Below are positions 11,781 to 24,887 of a stretch of DNA of 64,000 nt, piece after piece. A program made the translations under genes and the position numbers. Origin of the DNA: Mobula hypostoma (taxonomy: Eukaryota); the NCBI RefSeq assembly GCF_963921235.1, contig NC_086097.1, positions 152,708,001-152,772,000 of the forward strand. Direction: 5' to 3'. Numbering within the stretch: position 1 is the stretch's first letter; each line of letters starts with the position of its first letter. The notes under the pieces were generated by a model. That model was not told where the DNA came from, ran no database searches, and saw only the letters and a program-made list of their open reading frames with translations.

Positions 11781-13182
11781 CTTAAATCCACCATTGTTTA
11801 AACTGGAATTCTTGGTTAGGGTGAAGTATGCAGTGCTAGTAGGACATTACAAAACAATAACGTATTCCAAGTCTGCTTGATCTAATACTGTTGGGTTTAT
11901 TCACAACCAATAACTACAATTGCTTTCAGGTTACTTGGTTTTATTATTATACTGCAGTGAAGGGATAAAGGGAAATGGAGAAGGGGAGAAGGAAAGAAGC
12001 AGAGAAAAGTGACTGAAAATATTGATAAGTGCCCGAAAGCAAATAGATAATTGAATTTTGAGAGGTTATAACTATCATTATGCAAGTACAAATAGGAGCA
12101 AGTTTGTGCATAGTAAAATTGCAAAAATAACTAGCAAATGCACATGTGCCAATGTCGATAAGGATAAATCTTTGCCAGAAATATTCTCTGTTCTGTTTAA
12201 AATAGTGTCACAAAATCTCTTACATTCACTGCAACAGGCAAAAGGACCTTTGAGTAGCACATTTTCAAAAGAATCCATGAAAACTATCCGGTCCAGTCAG
12301 AGTGGCTGGCCAAGTACTGAAGACCCGTGCCAACCAACTGGCTGGTGTATTCACAGATATCTTCAAACTCAGGCTCTGGCAGTGTTTGGTACCCATCTCC
12401 TTCAAGCAGGCTTCAATCGTATTGGTGACCAAAAATGGCATGATAACCTGTCTAAATGACTATTGCCCAGTGGCACTTATATCCAGAGTGATGAAGTGTT
12501 TTGAGAGGCTGGTGTTGAAGCACATCAGCTCCTGTCTGAATGGTGACTTGGATGCACTCTACTTCACCTACTGAAGCAACATGTCTACAGCAGGTGCTAA
12601 CTCGTTGGCTCTGCACACAACTGTGGAATGTCTGGACAGCAATGATGCATACATCAGGATGCTCTTTATCGATTACAGCTTGGCATTCAACACCAACATC
12701 CCCTCAAAACTAATCAGTAAACTTCAAGTCCTGGTCCTCAAATTGGATCCTAGATTTCTCCACTTGTAGATCCCAGTCAGTTCAGATTAGCAAAAACAAC
12801 TCCTCCACAATCTCCGTCAGCACAGGAGAACCACAGGGATGTATACTTAGCCCTCTGCTCTACTCGCGTTAAACCTATGACTGTACGGCTAGGTGCATCT
12901 CCAACACCATAGACAAGTTTGCTGATGACACCAAGGTTGTGTGCTGTATCAAAGGTGGTGATGAATCAGCATATAGGAGGGAGACTGAAAACTTGGCTGA
13001 GTGGTGTATTATCAACAACCTCTCACTCAATGTCAATAAGACCGAGGAACAGATTGTAGACTTCAGGAGAGGAAACCAGAGGTCCATGAGCCAGTAATCA
13101 TCAGAGGCTTGGAGATGGAGAGGGTCAGTAAATTCTTGGGCGTCACCATTTCAGAAGACCTGTCCTGGCCCCATCATATAAA

Positions 13183-14832
13183 TGTAAGGGGTTTCTTCTT
13201 TTATGTTACTGCGTAGACTAATTAAAATGGCTTCTTTGTTATGTTATAATTGAGATGGCTTCTTTGTTATGTTAAATGCTGAGAAAGTTCTTGCACTAGC
13301 AGTTTGTTTGGGTTAGATTAGTGATAAGAGAACAAACGAACCAATTGGGATAGATGTTATTCTTTCTGTGTGTCCGTAAATTATTGTGATGCACGGGTTT
13401 TGGGGCAGAAGGCGCAAAAGAGAGAGAGAGGATGGACAAGGTGCTGTGAGTTGACTAACAGGGTCGGACCCCGAGCAGGAGTCTGAGGTCCAGGGTGTTC
13501 GGCGAGGAGAGGATACAGAGATGGACTCATGTGGATCGTCCGGTTGACCACCGTTGTTAGTCCCAGGTGGCAGGTCGAGGTGGTCCGAGGAGATTGCAGG
13601 ATGAAGAAAGAAGATCCCAAGCTCCAACTGTTCGTGCACGAAGAGAGTGAACTTTGATAAGTGTGGTGCCTTTTATCTTCCTTTTATATTTTATTCTCTA
13701 TTAATTATATAGTTACAGTAATGTCTATAAACTATAATTCATTTAATCGTATCTGGTGTGTTGTCTGTTATTTGGCGGGTGGGGTATATCACACAGCATC
13801 CACACAAACTAATTACCCAGTTTGCCGGGGCCGAGGGCTGTTTCCCTAGATGACAGCGAGCCGAGCGATCCTGAGGGTGGCCGGGGGGCTACATTTGGAG
13901 GCTTTTGTCCGGGATTGGATTCAGTGGTCAGCTGTGTGGTTGCCTTGTTTAAATCAGTAATGTGAGTCTCTGTGGGTTATTTGCTGGTTATTGCTGCGTG
14001 CGTGTTGTTTGAGGTCTTTGTTCGAGTTCAGACTAGCGTTGTGAAGTTGGTGGTGGGACTCAGGGCTGTCCATACTGTTGGGAGAGAGAGGAGAAAGTGG
14101 TCTGATTCGGAGGTAGAGTCTGCGAATAAATAGTCCAGTTACGGCAGGCTCCACCTGGCTTTTGGGAGATTATTCACCCCAAAAGGGGCGGGGGCGTGCA
14201 AGACATGGGCAGTGCGGATCTTTCAGTTGTTAGATGAGTAGCAGTGCTCTGTTGAGGGAGAGCGACAGGGATTGGTTGAAAGTTTGAGTAGGCAGGCTGG
14301 TGTTAGAACTGTCAGGTTCACTTACACCGTAGTGACAGCTGCCAGTTATCTGAAAGAGGGGGAAAAGTTTTCAGTGTGTCTTCTCTGGCTAGGAGGGTAG
14401 CTAAATTGCTTTCAGTGCCAAGGGGATCATTTCAGGGGATCAGCCTCTCCCTCAGTTGTTCAGCTGATCAGAGAGGTGTCGGGAAACTTAGCAGAGGCCC
14501 AGTGGGGCAACAGCTTGGGTTCTCTGGGGGAGTACGTTCCCAGCAATGTACCAAGGAACTTCCGAAAGGAAAAGACCCTATTCCTGAAGGCTTAGAGGGA
14601 CCACGCCCCAGGGTGTCATTAAGGATAGAGGGAAGCGATGCTAAAGCCATCCTCCACCCCGGGGCGCAGGTCAAGTTGTTGTACAGTTCGTTTTACAACC
14701 GGTGCCTGAAGCATTTACCCTTGACAACCGCAAGGGCACCGGAGATTTGGGGTACCAGTGCCAGTAATTATCCAGAAGACGATGATTGGTTAGTGACCCT
14801 GGAGTTCATGGGGGCATTGTCTGTGGGGCACA
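13183..14832 (+). mobile_element. Gypsy-type LTR retrotransposon: 5' LTR, PBS, degraded gag and protease; no 3' LTR
   Basis: LTR 13183-13893 (TGTA...TACA). Protease remnant [29 protein letters not shown], with LHPGAQ in place of LDTGSQ. TAAA TSD at 13179-13182 and 14833-14836. Confidence 0.85.
13896..13915 (+). promoter_or_regulatory. Primer-binding site, tRNA-Pro-like (diverged)
   Basis: TGGAGGCTTTTGTCCGGGAT, 2 nt after the LTR end; resembles the canonical PBS-Pro TGGGGGCTCGTCCGGGAT. Confidence 0.7.
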
Positions 14833-15759
14833 TAAATATTATTGCGAAGTAAGCACACCAGTGCCTCTACTTCCTCAGAAGTCTGCAGAGGTTTGACATG
14901 TCATTGAAAACCTTTGCAAACTTCTGTGTGCTGGAAAGTCTGCTGACTGGCTGCATTACAGCCTGGTATGGGAACACCAATGCCTTTGAGTGGAAAGTCT
15001 TGCAAAAGGTAGTGGATATGGCCCAGCACATCATGGGTAAAACTCTCTGAACCACTGAGCACATCTATATGAAATGTTGCCATGGAAAAGCCGCATCCAG
15101 CATCAAAGTTCCTCACCACCCAGGACCTGCTCTTTATTCGCTGCTGTTCTCAAGTAGAAGGTCCAGGTGCCTCAGGACTTGCACCACCAGATTCAGAACA
15201 GTTACAACTCTCCAACCATCAGGCTCTTAAACAAAAGGGGTTAGCTACACTCATTTAAAGACTTTAATAATGTTATTTCCTGCTTGAAATGTATTACTAT
15301 TTATATCTGCATTTGCACAGTCTGTTTACAGTTAACAGTTCCAGTTGTTTACAGTTTACAGTTACTGTTCTATAGACTTGCAAAGTATGACTGCAGAAAA
15401 AGAATCTCATGGTTGTATGTGGTGACATGTACTCTGATAATAAATTTTACTTTGAACGTTGAGAAGATTAGAGAACTCCTCCAGCAGTTCTTTGAAACAT
15501 TATAGCTCAGAGTGTGCAGTCTAGACCTGGAGTATGACTTGAACTCACAACCTTCTGATCTGGAGTAGCACACTGCCAAGCTGACAACTCAAGAGGAAAC
15601 AAATGTGAACAAAAAAAAAACAAATTCTAAATAGAGGGCAGTTAAAACAAAGCAATTGAATCAACATCAAAGAATGCTTCAAAGGATCGCCAAGGGCTAT
15701 CATGAAGATATATAGCAGGTCTTTAAGAACTGAAAAACAGAGCCATTAGAGCAGCAAAT

Positions 15760-17140
15760 TCTAGTGTGTTCAATAGTTCAGTAATATTGTAAATGTATTT
15801 TTTGATTAAACATCCTTTGTTATTTACATAATTCATTATGGGTTATATGTAAGAAGTACCTCACCAAAGAGATGAGTACACACATTTTTCCCAGCTCCTC
15901 CATTTTTCTTTTGGTTAGTTTTTGAGAGTTACAAAACATCATAGTGGTGACGAAGAAGTTATGAAACAAGCCTGAGACAACTACCCACCTGTTAAAGCGT
16001 AGCACTCTTTTTTCTTTGGAAGGGGTGAGAGACATTCAATTAAAAAAAAGTGCAGCATGTGTCTCTACAAAAGGGCAGAGAGACAGCTCAGTTTAAAAAA
16101 GGCAGGAAATGAATGAAATTCACAGGTCCATAATCAATGAGTACCATGTGATAATGATAACAAATTTAATGAAATGCAGAAATTGCTGGCTATATTGGAA
16201 AGACAGGCACATTTGATTGCACAACAGACAACTGGATGATATATACCGAATGAATTGAACAGTATTTTGAAGCAAATGAAATAGCCAATGAAAAGCGAGT
16301 ATCATTGTTACTGAGTACAATAGGAGGAAAAGCAAACCCTTTACTTAGAAGTTCAACTGCTCCAACCAACCCAGCCAAAATGAACGTTGCTGATAGTGTG
16401 AACATTATGCAGGAATATTTAGAACTGAAACCATTGTAGATTGCAGAATGCATTAGGTTTCATAAATGGAATCAAAAGGAAAGAGTGTCTGTTTCAGCAC
16501 ACATGGTTGAATTGAAGAAATTGAGCATTGTCAGTTCAGTAATGGGCTAAGTGATGCATTGAGAGTCCCTTTAGTTTGTAGAATCTTATAGGAAAGCATT
16601 TAAAAATAGCATCTAACCGAAGCACAACTCATATTTAAAAGAGCCATTGAAATCATTGTATTAATGGAAACAGCAGCCAGAGATGCAATGGAGTTGCAGT
16701 CAGAAATGGAAGTGAGTGTGAGAAAAATTGCAACATCTAAGAAGAAACCTACAAAGCCAAACAAATTGTGTTACTGTTGTGACAAGGGCTCAAATACACC
16801 AGACCAATGCAGGCTTAAAAATGAAACTTGTTGAAAATACAACTAAATAGAACAGACACAAGGAGCACTTTGACCAGACAAAAATAAAAGAACTGCAGAG
16901 GGAAGAGAAAAAAAATAAAAACTCAAGTTACAGGTTCAAGAAAACCAGTAATCTATTTGCTGCAGCTGAAAAATTTGATAATGATGAGAGTGACCAGACT
17001 TGGATTGCCTTGAGATTTACAATGTGAAAACTACCAACAGACAAGCAATATGGCTTACACCAGAAGTGAATGACAAATTAATTTAAATAGAAATGGACAT
17101 TGGTTCAGTTGTTTCTGTCATCAGAGAAAATGAGTTTGAA
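15760..17140 (+). mobile_element. Degraded Gypsy element: LTR remnant, PBS-like site, gag with zinc knuckles, protease start
   Basis: TGGTGACGA at 15945; gag from ~16182 (GYIGK..FD...NW..Y.E.IEQYFEAN...LLLSTIGGK); CxxC-x4-x4-C knuckle ~16766; xEMDIGSVVSVI resembling LDTGSAVSVI ~17090. Confidence 0.8.
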
Positions 17141-18179
17141 TGTTAAAATTATTTCTTTAAGCTGCCTTTTATGTTTCAAGACACTGTGCCTTGTGCGAGG
17201 AATTTTACCAAAGCTTCTTTTTAATCTTAATGCACAGTTAAAGATAAATGTCACCCTTTATTTCCTTCATGGTATTCCTCTGCCCCCCCAACCCCCCCCC
17301 CCCCGCCGGAGGTAGAGATGCACTGAGAACGTATGAAAATACTGAGTGAAGGTTCTTTTAGCTGGTAACTAATGCAAAACTCCTGGGATTTTACATCATT
17401 ACGTTTAAATTCACTTTTATATGACTAATTGTGCAGTTCCAGAAAGGAGGAGTCAGCTTACAAGATTTAGACATTATGTAAGGTAGAGAAAATAATCAAA
17501 AAGACTGGAATCTTAAAAGCCATTAAACCATCAAATATGTATTGATCAATGGAATGTTGGCCCTTTTATCAACAAGAATGCAAATTAGTGCAAGCCAAGC
17601 TGCAGCCACACAGCCTGATTACCCCATACCTGGAGTGTCTTACAGGGACTTCAGTGTGTTGTCAAATTGATTATGAAAAGTTTGAATTATATGATTGATG
17701 ATTCCAATTTGAGAAAGGACAGTCATATGGCCAATAGAAATAAGCTATTTCCACTTATTGTGAAGTTTCATATCAGTTGACTCTGCAAAGATTTTTGTTC
17801 AGCCTTTCGGGAGTAAAATTAGGAAGCATGTCTACACCTGAAGGATAGCTGAAGATTTCTAATTTTAATTCTGAGGTTGCTAGACATTTGGTAACCCGAA
17901 GTACTGAGAAATGTGAAGCAAATTATGTTAGATAACAGGTTAATCATATTTTTATTTTCAAAGTATTCAAGAATATGATAGGATTACTCCATTATTTACA
18001 TCAACATCTCATTCCATATATATTTATTTAATAGTTCATAATGAACCCAGATTTGTTTTAAACCTGGCATTTTGCTATGTCCCATGTATTAGACTTCTCC
18101 TGCCCTGTGAGTGTAACAAGGCACCTCATCCTTGGTGAACCATCGAAAGGGAAGAGCATTTCAATAACAATAAGACTTA

Positions 18180-18312
18180 ATCAAAAGAATGGTCTCGGCC
18201 TGAAGTGTCAACTGTTAATTCTTTTCCATAGATACTACCTGATCTACTGCACTCCTCCAGCATTTTGTGTGCATTGCTGTGGATTTCAATCATCCGTAGA
18301 ATCTCTTGTGTT
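18180..18312 (+). mobile_element. PLE 3' tail remnant with decayed hammerhead
   Basis: GAATGGTCTCGGCCTGAAGTGTCAACTG...TCCAGCATTTTGTGTG...GGATTTC, homologous to 1940-2060. Confidence 0.6.
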
Positions 18313-18541
18313 AAGGAAATTCAATGACTGGAACAGGAGTGGAAGTGAAGAGGTTGTCAGAATGGGCGAATTTAATGCTAGAACAGGTATAGTAAGAAAA
18401 TGGATTAAAATTGGCAGCAAGATAAGGGGAAGATTTTGGCAGCTTGAAAACCACCAAGTTACATAAAATAACATTACACAATGGTAATCGTTTAATGTAT
18501 GGCTAAGGAATGTTAATAGCGGACATTAACATCATGTCAAT

Positions 18542-18685
18542 TATAAGACATAAGACATAGGAGCACCATTGGGCCATTCAGCCCATTGAGTCTGATCTGC
18601 CATTTGAACATGATTGATTCATTTCCCTCTCAACTCCACTCTCCTGCCTTCTCCCCATAACCTTTCACACCCCGACTTATCATCT
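18542..18685 (-). mobile_element. CR1 3' terminal fragment
   Basis: (ATAAGAC)n tail followed by GGCCATTCAGCCCATTGAGTCTG..., homologous to 37222-37370. Confidence 0.7.
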
Positions 18686-19479
18686 ATTCCACAAGGAAAT
18701 CTTGGCATATCTTCTTGAAGGAAAGATCAATACAAAGGTCCTTGCTGGCTTTAGTCTATACCAGGCTGATGTGCTTGAATTGCCAAAGCTTGGAAAGATG
18801 CAAGTTTTCTATGTAACTCAATATCTTCACTTCTATATAGAATGTAGGGTTATTTCACATCTCTGTAAAACTTTCTCCAAAGCTCCATCCATCCATGTGG
18901 TTTGTGAGTTTTGTACCATGAATTTCCATTTCCGATAAAGTATTAACGATTTAAATCAGAATCAAGTTTATTATCACGGGCATGTGATGTGAAATTTGTT
19001 AGCTTTCATACATATATATAACTGTACAGAATTTACAACACAAAAATAAACTGTTCCAATTATACTTCATGATTTACGCATGACACCAGCTATCTCCTAT
19101 AATGTTGCATCTTACACGTCAGCAGAACCTTCCATGTCTTTCTCACTCATGGATGCCTCTTGTTTTCTTTTATGAACACACCTGCTGTACATTGTAGTGT
19201 GTTTCACATCCAGACTCTTCCCTATATAATTGTGTATATTTCAATCACTTTAGGAAGGAATTTTTATGTATATACACAAGTCTTGAAAGCAAAACCATGT
19301 TGTTTTTGCTTGAATCCACGAATCGACTATTGACCCTTCGCATAAATGTGCAGCACATTCCCACATGACAGAAAGGTTCTGTTCTGAGAAAACCATAGGA
19401 TCAACCAAACAAAAATTGCCAAAATTTGTAGTTTACATCATATTTTGTATTTAACTACTTAGCCACTCACGAATTCCAT

Positions 19480-22400
19480 AAGAACACATTTATTATGGTG
19501 GAGATGCTGTTCATGTTGGCCTCCTCCAGTATACTGGCGTTAGTACGTCTGTCCTTCCAGTAGATCATTAAATTCTTTCATAAGATTCTTTGGAGATATT
19601 GTCCTAGGGCTTACAGGTGTCTACAAAGGTGGTCCATGATTCAGCTTCATACAGTAATTTAGGAAGGATGACTGCTTTATAGACCAAATGAGTTGGAAAT
19701 GATTTGTTTGGATCTGTAGGTCACAATCTTCAAAGACTCTTTCATTAATCTTGTCTAGGCTCCACTAACGCTAATCTGGCAGTGATTGATCCATGAGTCA
19801 ATGTCTGCTTTTGAAGAGAGAATGCTGCCAAGGTAGGGAATATGGTCTACATTTTTAAGGACAATATTGTCAACTTTTATGTAGGTCTAGATAAATGGCT
19901 GGTTGGGCAGTGTCTGATATTGGACCTGTGTCATTTTTATATTCAAAACAGGATCCAAGCCCCTTAACAAAGGCATTCAGGATACATTATAGGTCTTCTT
20001 CAGGGTATGCTGTGATGATGTTGTCATCTGCACACTGAAGCTCCATGATAGTGGTGGTGTTGACCTTGATCTTGGACTTGAGCCTGTTGAGGTTGAAAAG
20101 GCTGTTTTCCATTCCATACATGACTGGACTTACCTGTGACAGGTCTTGATCAATGAGGTGAAGGATGACAACAATAAAGATGGCAGATGGGGTGGGAACA
20201 ATGATGCAGCTCTGTTTGACCCCTGTCTTGGCAGTGAAGAGTTCTGACTCAGACCCACTATTGCTGAGTATTGTGACCGATATCCCATCATGCAATAACC
20301 TCAGTATTTATAAGTATTTGTCAGGACAGCCATGTCTTGATATTATATGCCAGACAGCTTGGTGGCCTAATGTGTCAAATGCCTTTGTCAAATCCATGAA
20401 TGCCCAGTTCAAGGGGTGCTTTTGCTCATTGCAATCTTCCCTGGAACTGGGTGTGTTGTGAAGATCATGCCTGTGGTACCTCTAGGTGGGCAGGAACTAT
20501 ACTGTAATTCAGGGAGTACTTCTTCAGATAGTGGTAGAAGTCTATTGACAAGAATACATGCCAGCACTTTGCTGTTGACAAGAAGGAGATGCCTCTGTAT
20601 TGGCACAAGCTCCCCTGTCTCAATTCTTGAATACGGTCACTATTAGAGCATTCCTGCCTGAGCTCTGAGGGCAGGTGTCCTTTTTCCCAGAGGTTTAGGA
20701 GCAGGGCATGTATGTGGTGTAGGAGTGCTGGTCCATCTTCCTGCTGGGTTCCTATCACGACCTGATGCTTTGTGCTTGTCAGGTTCCTGATGGATCATGA
20801 ACTTCTTTCATACTGGGAGGTTTCCCCCATGTTTTCTCTGACAGGTCTCTAGAGGATTTTGTTAGTAATCTTTGGTTCAGTTCTTGAAAGTGCTCCCTCC
20901 ATTGATTGTTGACATCATTTCAAACCTTTAGCAAGTTCTTCCCATCCATTAGCACAGAGGGTTTAATCCACAGTAACTTGGACCGTAGACTGTTTTAGTG
21001 GCACTGAAGAAGCCTCTCATGTTACCAGAGTCTTTCAGACTTTGGATTTCCAGGGCTTGCTAAGTCCACTAAGAGTTCTTTAGCTCCCTCACCCTGCACT
21101 GGATATTTGCCTTGGCAATGGCATAAGCTTATCTTTTGGCCTTTCTCCTGATGTCATTTGACCAGGAAATTGTTCTATCTCCATGCCATTATTGCCATGC
21201 CAATCCTGAATTTTCTGGACATACCCGAGGATTTTTTTTACAGGTATTGAAGATGATGGTTTTAAGCAGACACTAGTGTTCTTTGACATCCTCCTGATAT
21301 TCTTTTAGAAGATTTTCTCCAAATGAGGCTTGAAAGTGCTGTTGAATGGTAGTGTCAATCAGGCACTCAAATATTAGACTTGGCCTGGTCAGCTTCTTAC
21401 GGGCTCTGCCCTTTTTTTTGAGTCTGATGGACATAGTGGAGCAGATCGGCCACGGATATGTCCAGCAGTCAACTGTGCCAATCATGGTCCTTGTGATAGA
21501 CATATCACGATGGTCCCTAGCTTGGACAATGACATGGTCAATGAGATGCCATTGTTTAAATTGGAGTTGTTGCCAAGATGCAATGAGTTTGTTTTTCTAA
21601 TGGAATAGAGTATTTGTGATGATAAAATTGTGCTCGGCACATTTAGTGAGAAGTAGTACTCCACTGGAGTTGATGTTGCTAATGCCTTCCCTCTGACTCT
21701 TAATATAGGAACCCTCAGGGCAGCATACTAAGTCCCCTCCTTCATTCCCTGTATACCCATGACTGTGTTGCCACCCACAGCTCCAATCTGCTAATTAAAT
21801 TTGTTGACGACACTACATTGATTGGCCTTATCTCAAACAGTAATGAGGTGTCCTACAGGGAAGAAGTCATCTCTCTGACAGAGTGGTGTCAAAAAAAATA
21901 ACCTCAATGTTGCAAAAACAAAGGAGCTGGTTGTGGATTACAGGAGGAATGGAGAGGGGCTAACCCCTATTGACATCAATGGATCTGGGGTTGAGAGGGC
22001 AAACAGCTTTATGTTCCTCGGCACCCACATCACTGAGGATCTCACGTGGTCTGTACACACTAGCTGTGTGGTGAAAAAGTCACAATAACGCCTATTTCAC
22101 CTCAGATGGTTGAGGAAGTTTGGAGTGGACCCCCAAAGAGCATCCTGACTGGCTGCATCACTGCCTGGTATGGGAACAGTACCTCCCTTAATCACAGGAC
22201 TGGGCAGAGAGTGGTGCAGACAGCCCAGCGCATCTGTAGTTGTAAACTTCCCATGACTCAGGACATTTACAAGGACAGATGTGAAAAAAGGGCCCGTAGG
22301 ATCATTGGGGACCCAGGCCATCCCAACCACAATCTATTTCAGTTGCTACCATTTGGGAAGTGGTACCGCAGCATAAAAGCCAGGACCAACAGTTTCCGGG

Positions 22401-22720
22401 ACAGCTTCTTCCACCAGGCCATCAGACTGATGAACTCATGCTGATTTGAGTGTACTCTATATTACATTGACTATTCTATTTATTATAAATTATTATAAAT
22501 TTCTATGATTGCACATGGCACCTTTAGATGGAGACGTAACATAAAGATTTTTACTCCTCATGAATGTGAAAGATGTAAGAAATAAAGTCAATTCAATTCA
22601 GTTCAATTCTTTCCAAAGGTTGAAGGTCAAACCGACCCTGGCATTGAAGTCTCATAAGAGAATAATCTTATCCTCCTTGCTGACGCTTGGCAGTGTTGCG
22701 TCTAGGCAAGCACAAATCAA
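19480..22720 (-). mobile_element. RTE-clade LINE, degraded EN-RT, interrupted by a Rex1 copy
   Basis: Minus-strand motifs KTGVKQSCIIVPT...LFNLNRLKSK...ELQCADD and YRGISFLS; endonuclease DKII..xDFNARVG at ~22640-22680. Confidence 0.85.
21705..22610 (+). mobile_element. Rex1/Babar LINE, 5'-truncated
   Basis: SPLLHSLYTHDC, KFVDDTT, SILTGCITAWYG, FRDSFFHQAIRLMNS; (TTCAA)n tail. Confidence 0.9.
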
Positions 22721-23829
22721 TACAGGTAACAGCTCAGCGTTTTGTATTATGTTGTACTGCTTTGTACCTGTGCTCTATTTTCCTGGCTTTGTTCCACATT
22801 CCTTGGTAATCCTAGCAGATAAGATCTGTTGATTTAATATTCATACTGTCTAATGGGAGACTGTTCCACATTTTCAGCATCTACAAAGAACCTTCTATCA
22901 TAATATTCAGCAATTGCTTTGATGTTCAAGATGCATATTGGTGCTTGATAAGTTGTCTTACCTGGAAGGTGGAGTGTTTCTTAATTGAAAGGAATAAGCA
23001 AATGATTCATAATTGCATGATGGCTGCTGCTGTTTTTCTTTCCTTTCTCATTTTTAATTAAATTGAGTGTGAGCAAAGCCAATAGAAAGAAACTTCATTA
23101 CCTGTCTTTTTAATGGGTTGCCAATTAAACAACAATGAAATAACCCAACAGAGAGGTTGTTTCCTCTATAAATACTTTATTGTGCTGCTGTTGGAGCATA
23201 GTAATTGAAGAGGACTCACATTGTGCTTAATTTAATTACGTATAAGGTTGGTTTAATGAGTCTTTTTTTAAACAAATTATCATAATCCTCGGCTTTTGCT
23301 ATAAATAAAATTGATAAATCACTTTGACAGTACAATTAATTTTAAAAAGGTCTCAGAGTGTGTGAAATGAATCCAAACATTAGATTTACTCTACAATTTG
23401 AAGTTAGAAGAACTAGCTTTTGAGTTTAAATTCTGAATGCATTTTAAAAAGTGCTGGCAAAATAGTAGGCTGACTCCAGGCAAAATATGATAATTAAGCT
23501 GTAGAAGACAGTGGAGAATTTAATACTGTGATAAGCTGAGAGTCAAATTAAACATTTAGACCAAAACATTATCCATCTTAGCCACTAGTTAACTTAAAAT
23601 AATTAAACATTGAAATGCAGTTTATTTTAATTCCAAGCTTGATTGGGTTCCTGTGTCACATATTTTCAATCAGGTCCAACTAAATCACTTTTATAGTTAA
23701 TTAAGTCTGAGAAACTTATTTCTCCGTTATCTTTAGTCAACGAAAGCACAGTGAATCTAGACACCAAGCAAACCCACTGTGCAATTCTGCTTTCTGACAA
23801 TAAAGGTTCACAGCAAGATCCCATAACAC

Positions 23830-24250
23830 ATAGACCCATCCCCACATCCCAGGACCATCTCCTCAGTGAGTGCAGGTATTGATGAAAAAAACTTACCATT
23901 GCCTTTCGTGCCCTGGATAACTGAGGGTAAGGATAGTTAAAGAACAAGGCATCAAGCCTGGAGAGTTCAATTACTTACAGCAGGCAGTTGAAGGCACAGG
24001 AGACTTACCATAAGTTGTCCTTTCACAAGATATTCCAAATGCACTGAAAGCATATGAACCAACTTTAGTATCCTTTCCTAGGTCAACATGCCAAGTGTTA
24101 AGGCTCTAGTTATGCTGAGTCAACTCCAAAAGATAGGCCATATCTTTCGCATGTTCATTACCAGAATGCTGAAAGTAACAAAATCCTTAGAAGGAAAAAG
24201 CTGAGGATGCTCTCAAAAGCTCTCTGAAAAAAGTGCAACAACGTCATTCA
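23830..24250 (+). mobile_element. Old RTE LINE C-terminal remnant
   Basis: Decayed colinear RTE C-terminal motifs (LS...ID, FHK.FQ, GH..RM...R.LK, R..D.LK..LKK). Confidence 0.4.
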
Positions 24251-24670
24251 CGCTTCACAGAATTATGGAATTGTACAGCACAGAAATGGGCCCTTTTCGC
24301 CCACCTTTTCCGTAATTGGCTGGATTGATCAGACCAAAGCTACTCCAGTGTCCAGGTAATGAGAACACAAGCATAACAAGTAACCTAAAAAAACACAAAT
24401 AAATCACACAAAATACTGTATAGCAAGTCAAAAAGTTTTCCACAGAGATTCAGGATTCATGATTCTTAGTCACACTTGATTTTCACTTTTGTTGGGTAAA
24501 CTCCAAATTCTGATTCACTCATGAAGCCACCTCATGGTCCTAGGCACCAATCACAATTTCCAGCCAGTGGTTGAAGTCCAGTGAAACTGGGAAGGGTACC
24601 TCAATAAAACAACACACATCAAAGTTGCTGGTGAACGCAGCAGGCCAGGCAGCATCTCTAGGAAGAGGTA

Positions 24671-24708
24671 CAGTCGACATTTCAGGCCGAGACCCTTCGT
24701 CAGGACTA
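24671..24708 (-). ncRNA. Hammerhead ribozyme motif (stem III variant ATGT)
   Basis: Minus strand TAGTC CTGACGA AGGGTCTCGGCCT GAAA TG TC GACTG. Confidence 0.7.
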
Positions 24709-24751
24709 ACTGAAGGAAGAGATCAAATCTCTTACTAACTGTGCCTTCAGT

Positions 24752-24789
24752 TAGTCCTGACGATGGGTCTCAGCCTGAAACGTTGACTG
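24752..24789 (+). ncRNA. Hammerhead ribozyme motif (GUU triplet variant)
   Basis: TAGTC CTGACGA TGGGTCTCAGCCT GAAA CG TT GACTG. Confidence 0.65.
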
Positions 24790-24849
24790 TACCTCTTCCT
24801 AGAGATGCTGCCTGGCCTGCTGCGTTCACCAGCAAACTCTTCCTTCAGT

Positions 24850-24887
24850 TAATCCTGACGAAGGGTCTCGGCCTGAAACGTCGACTG
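24850..24887 (+). ncRNA. Hammerhead ribozyme motif (GUC triplet, one stem I mismatch)
   Basis: TAATC CTGACGA AGGGTCTCGGCCT GAAA CG TC GACTG. Confidence 0.7.

Larger units (their letters stand above)
12270..15460 (+). mobile_element. Rex1/Babar LINE, degraded RT and 3' UTR, interrupted by an LTR element
   Basis: LAGVFTDIF, CLNDYCPVAL, MLFIDYSLAFNT, KFADDT; sequence resumes colinearly at 14837; ends AATAAATTTTACTTTGAAC. Confidence 0.85.
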
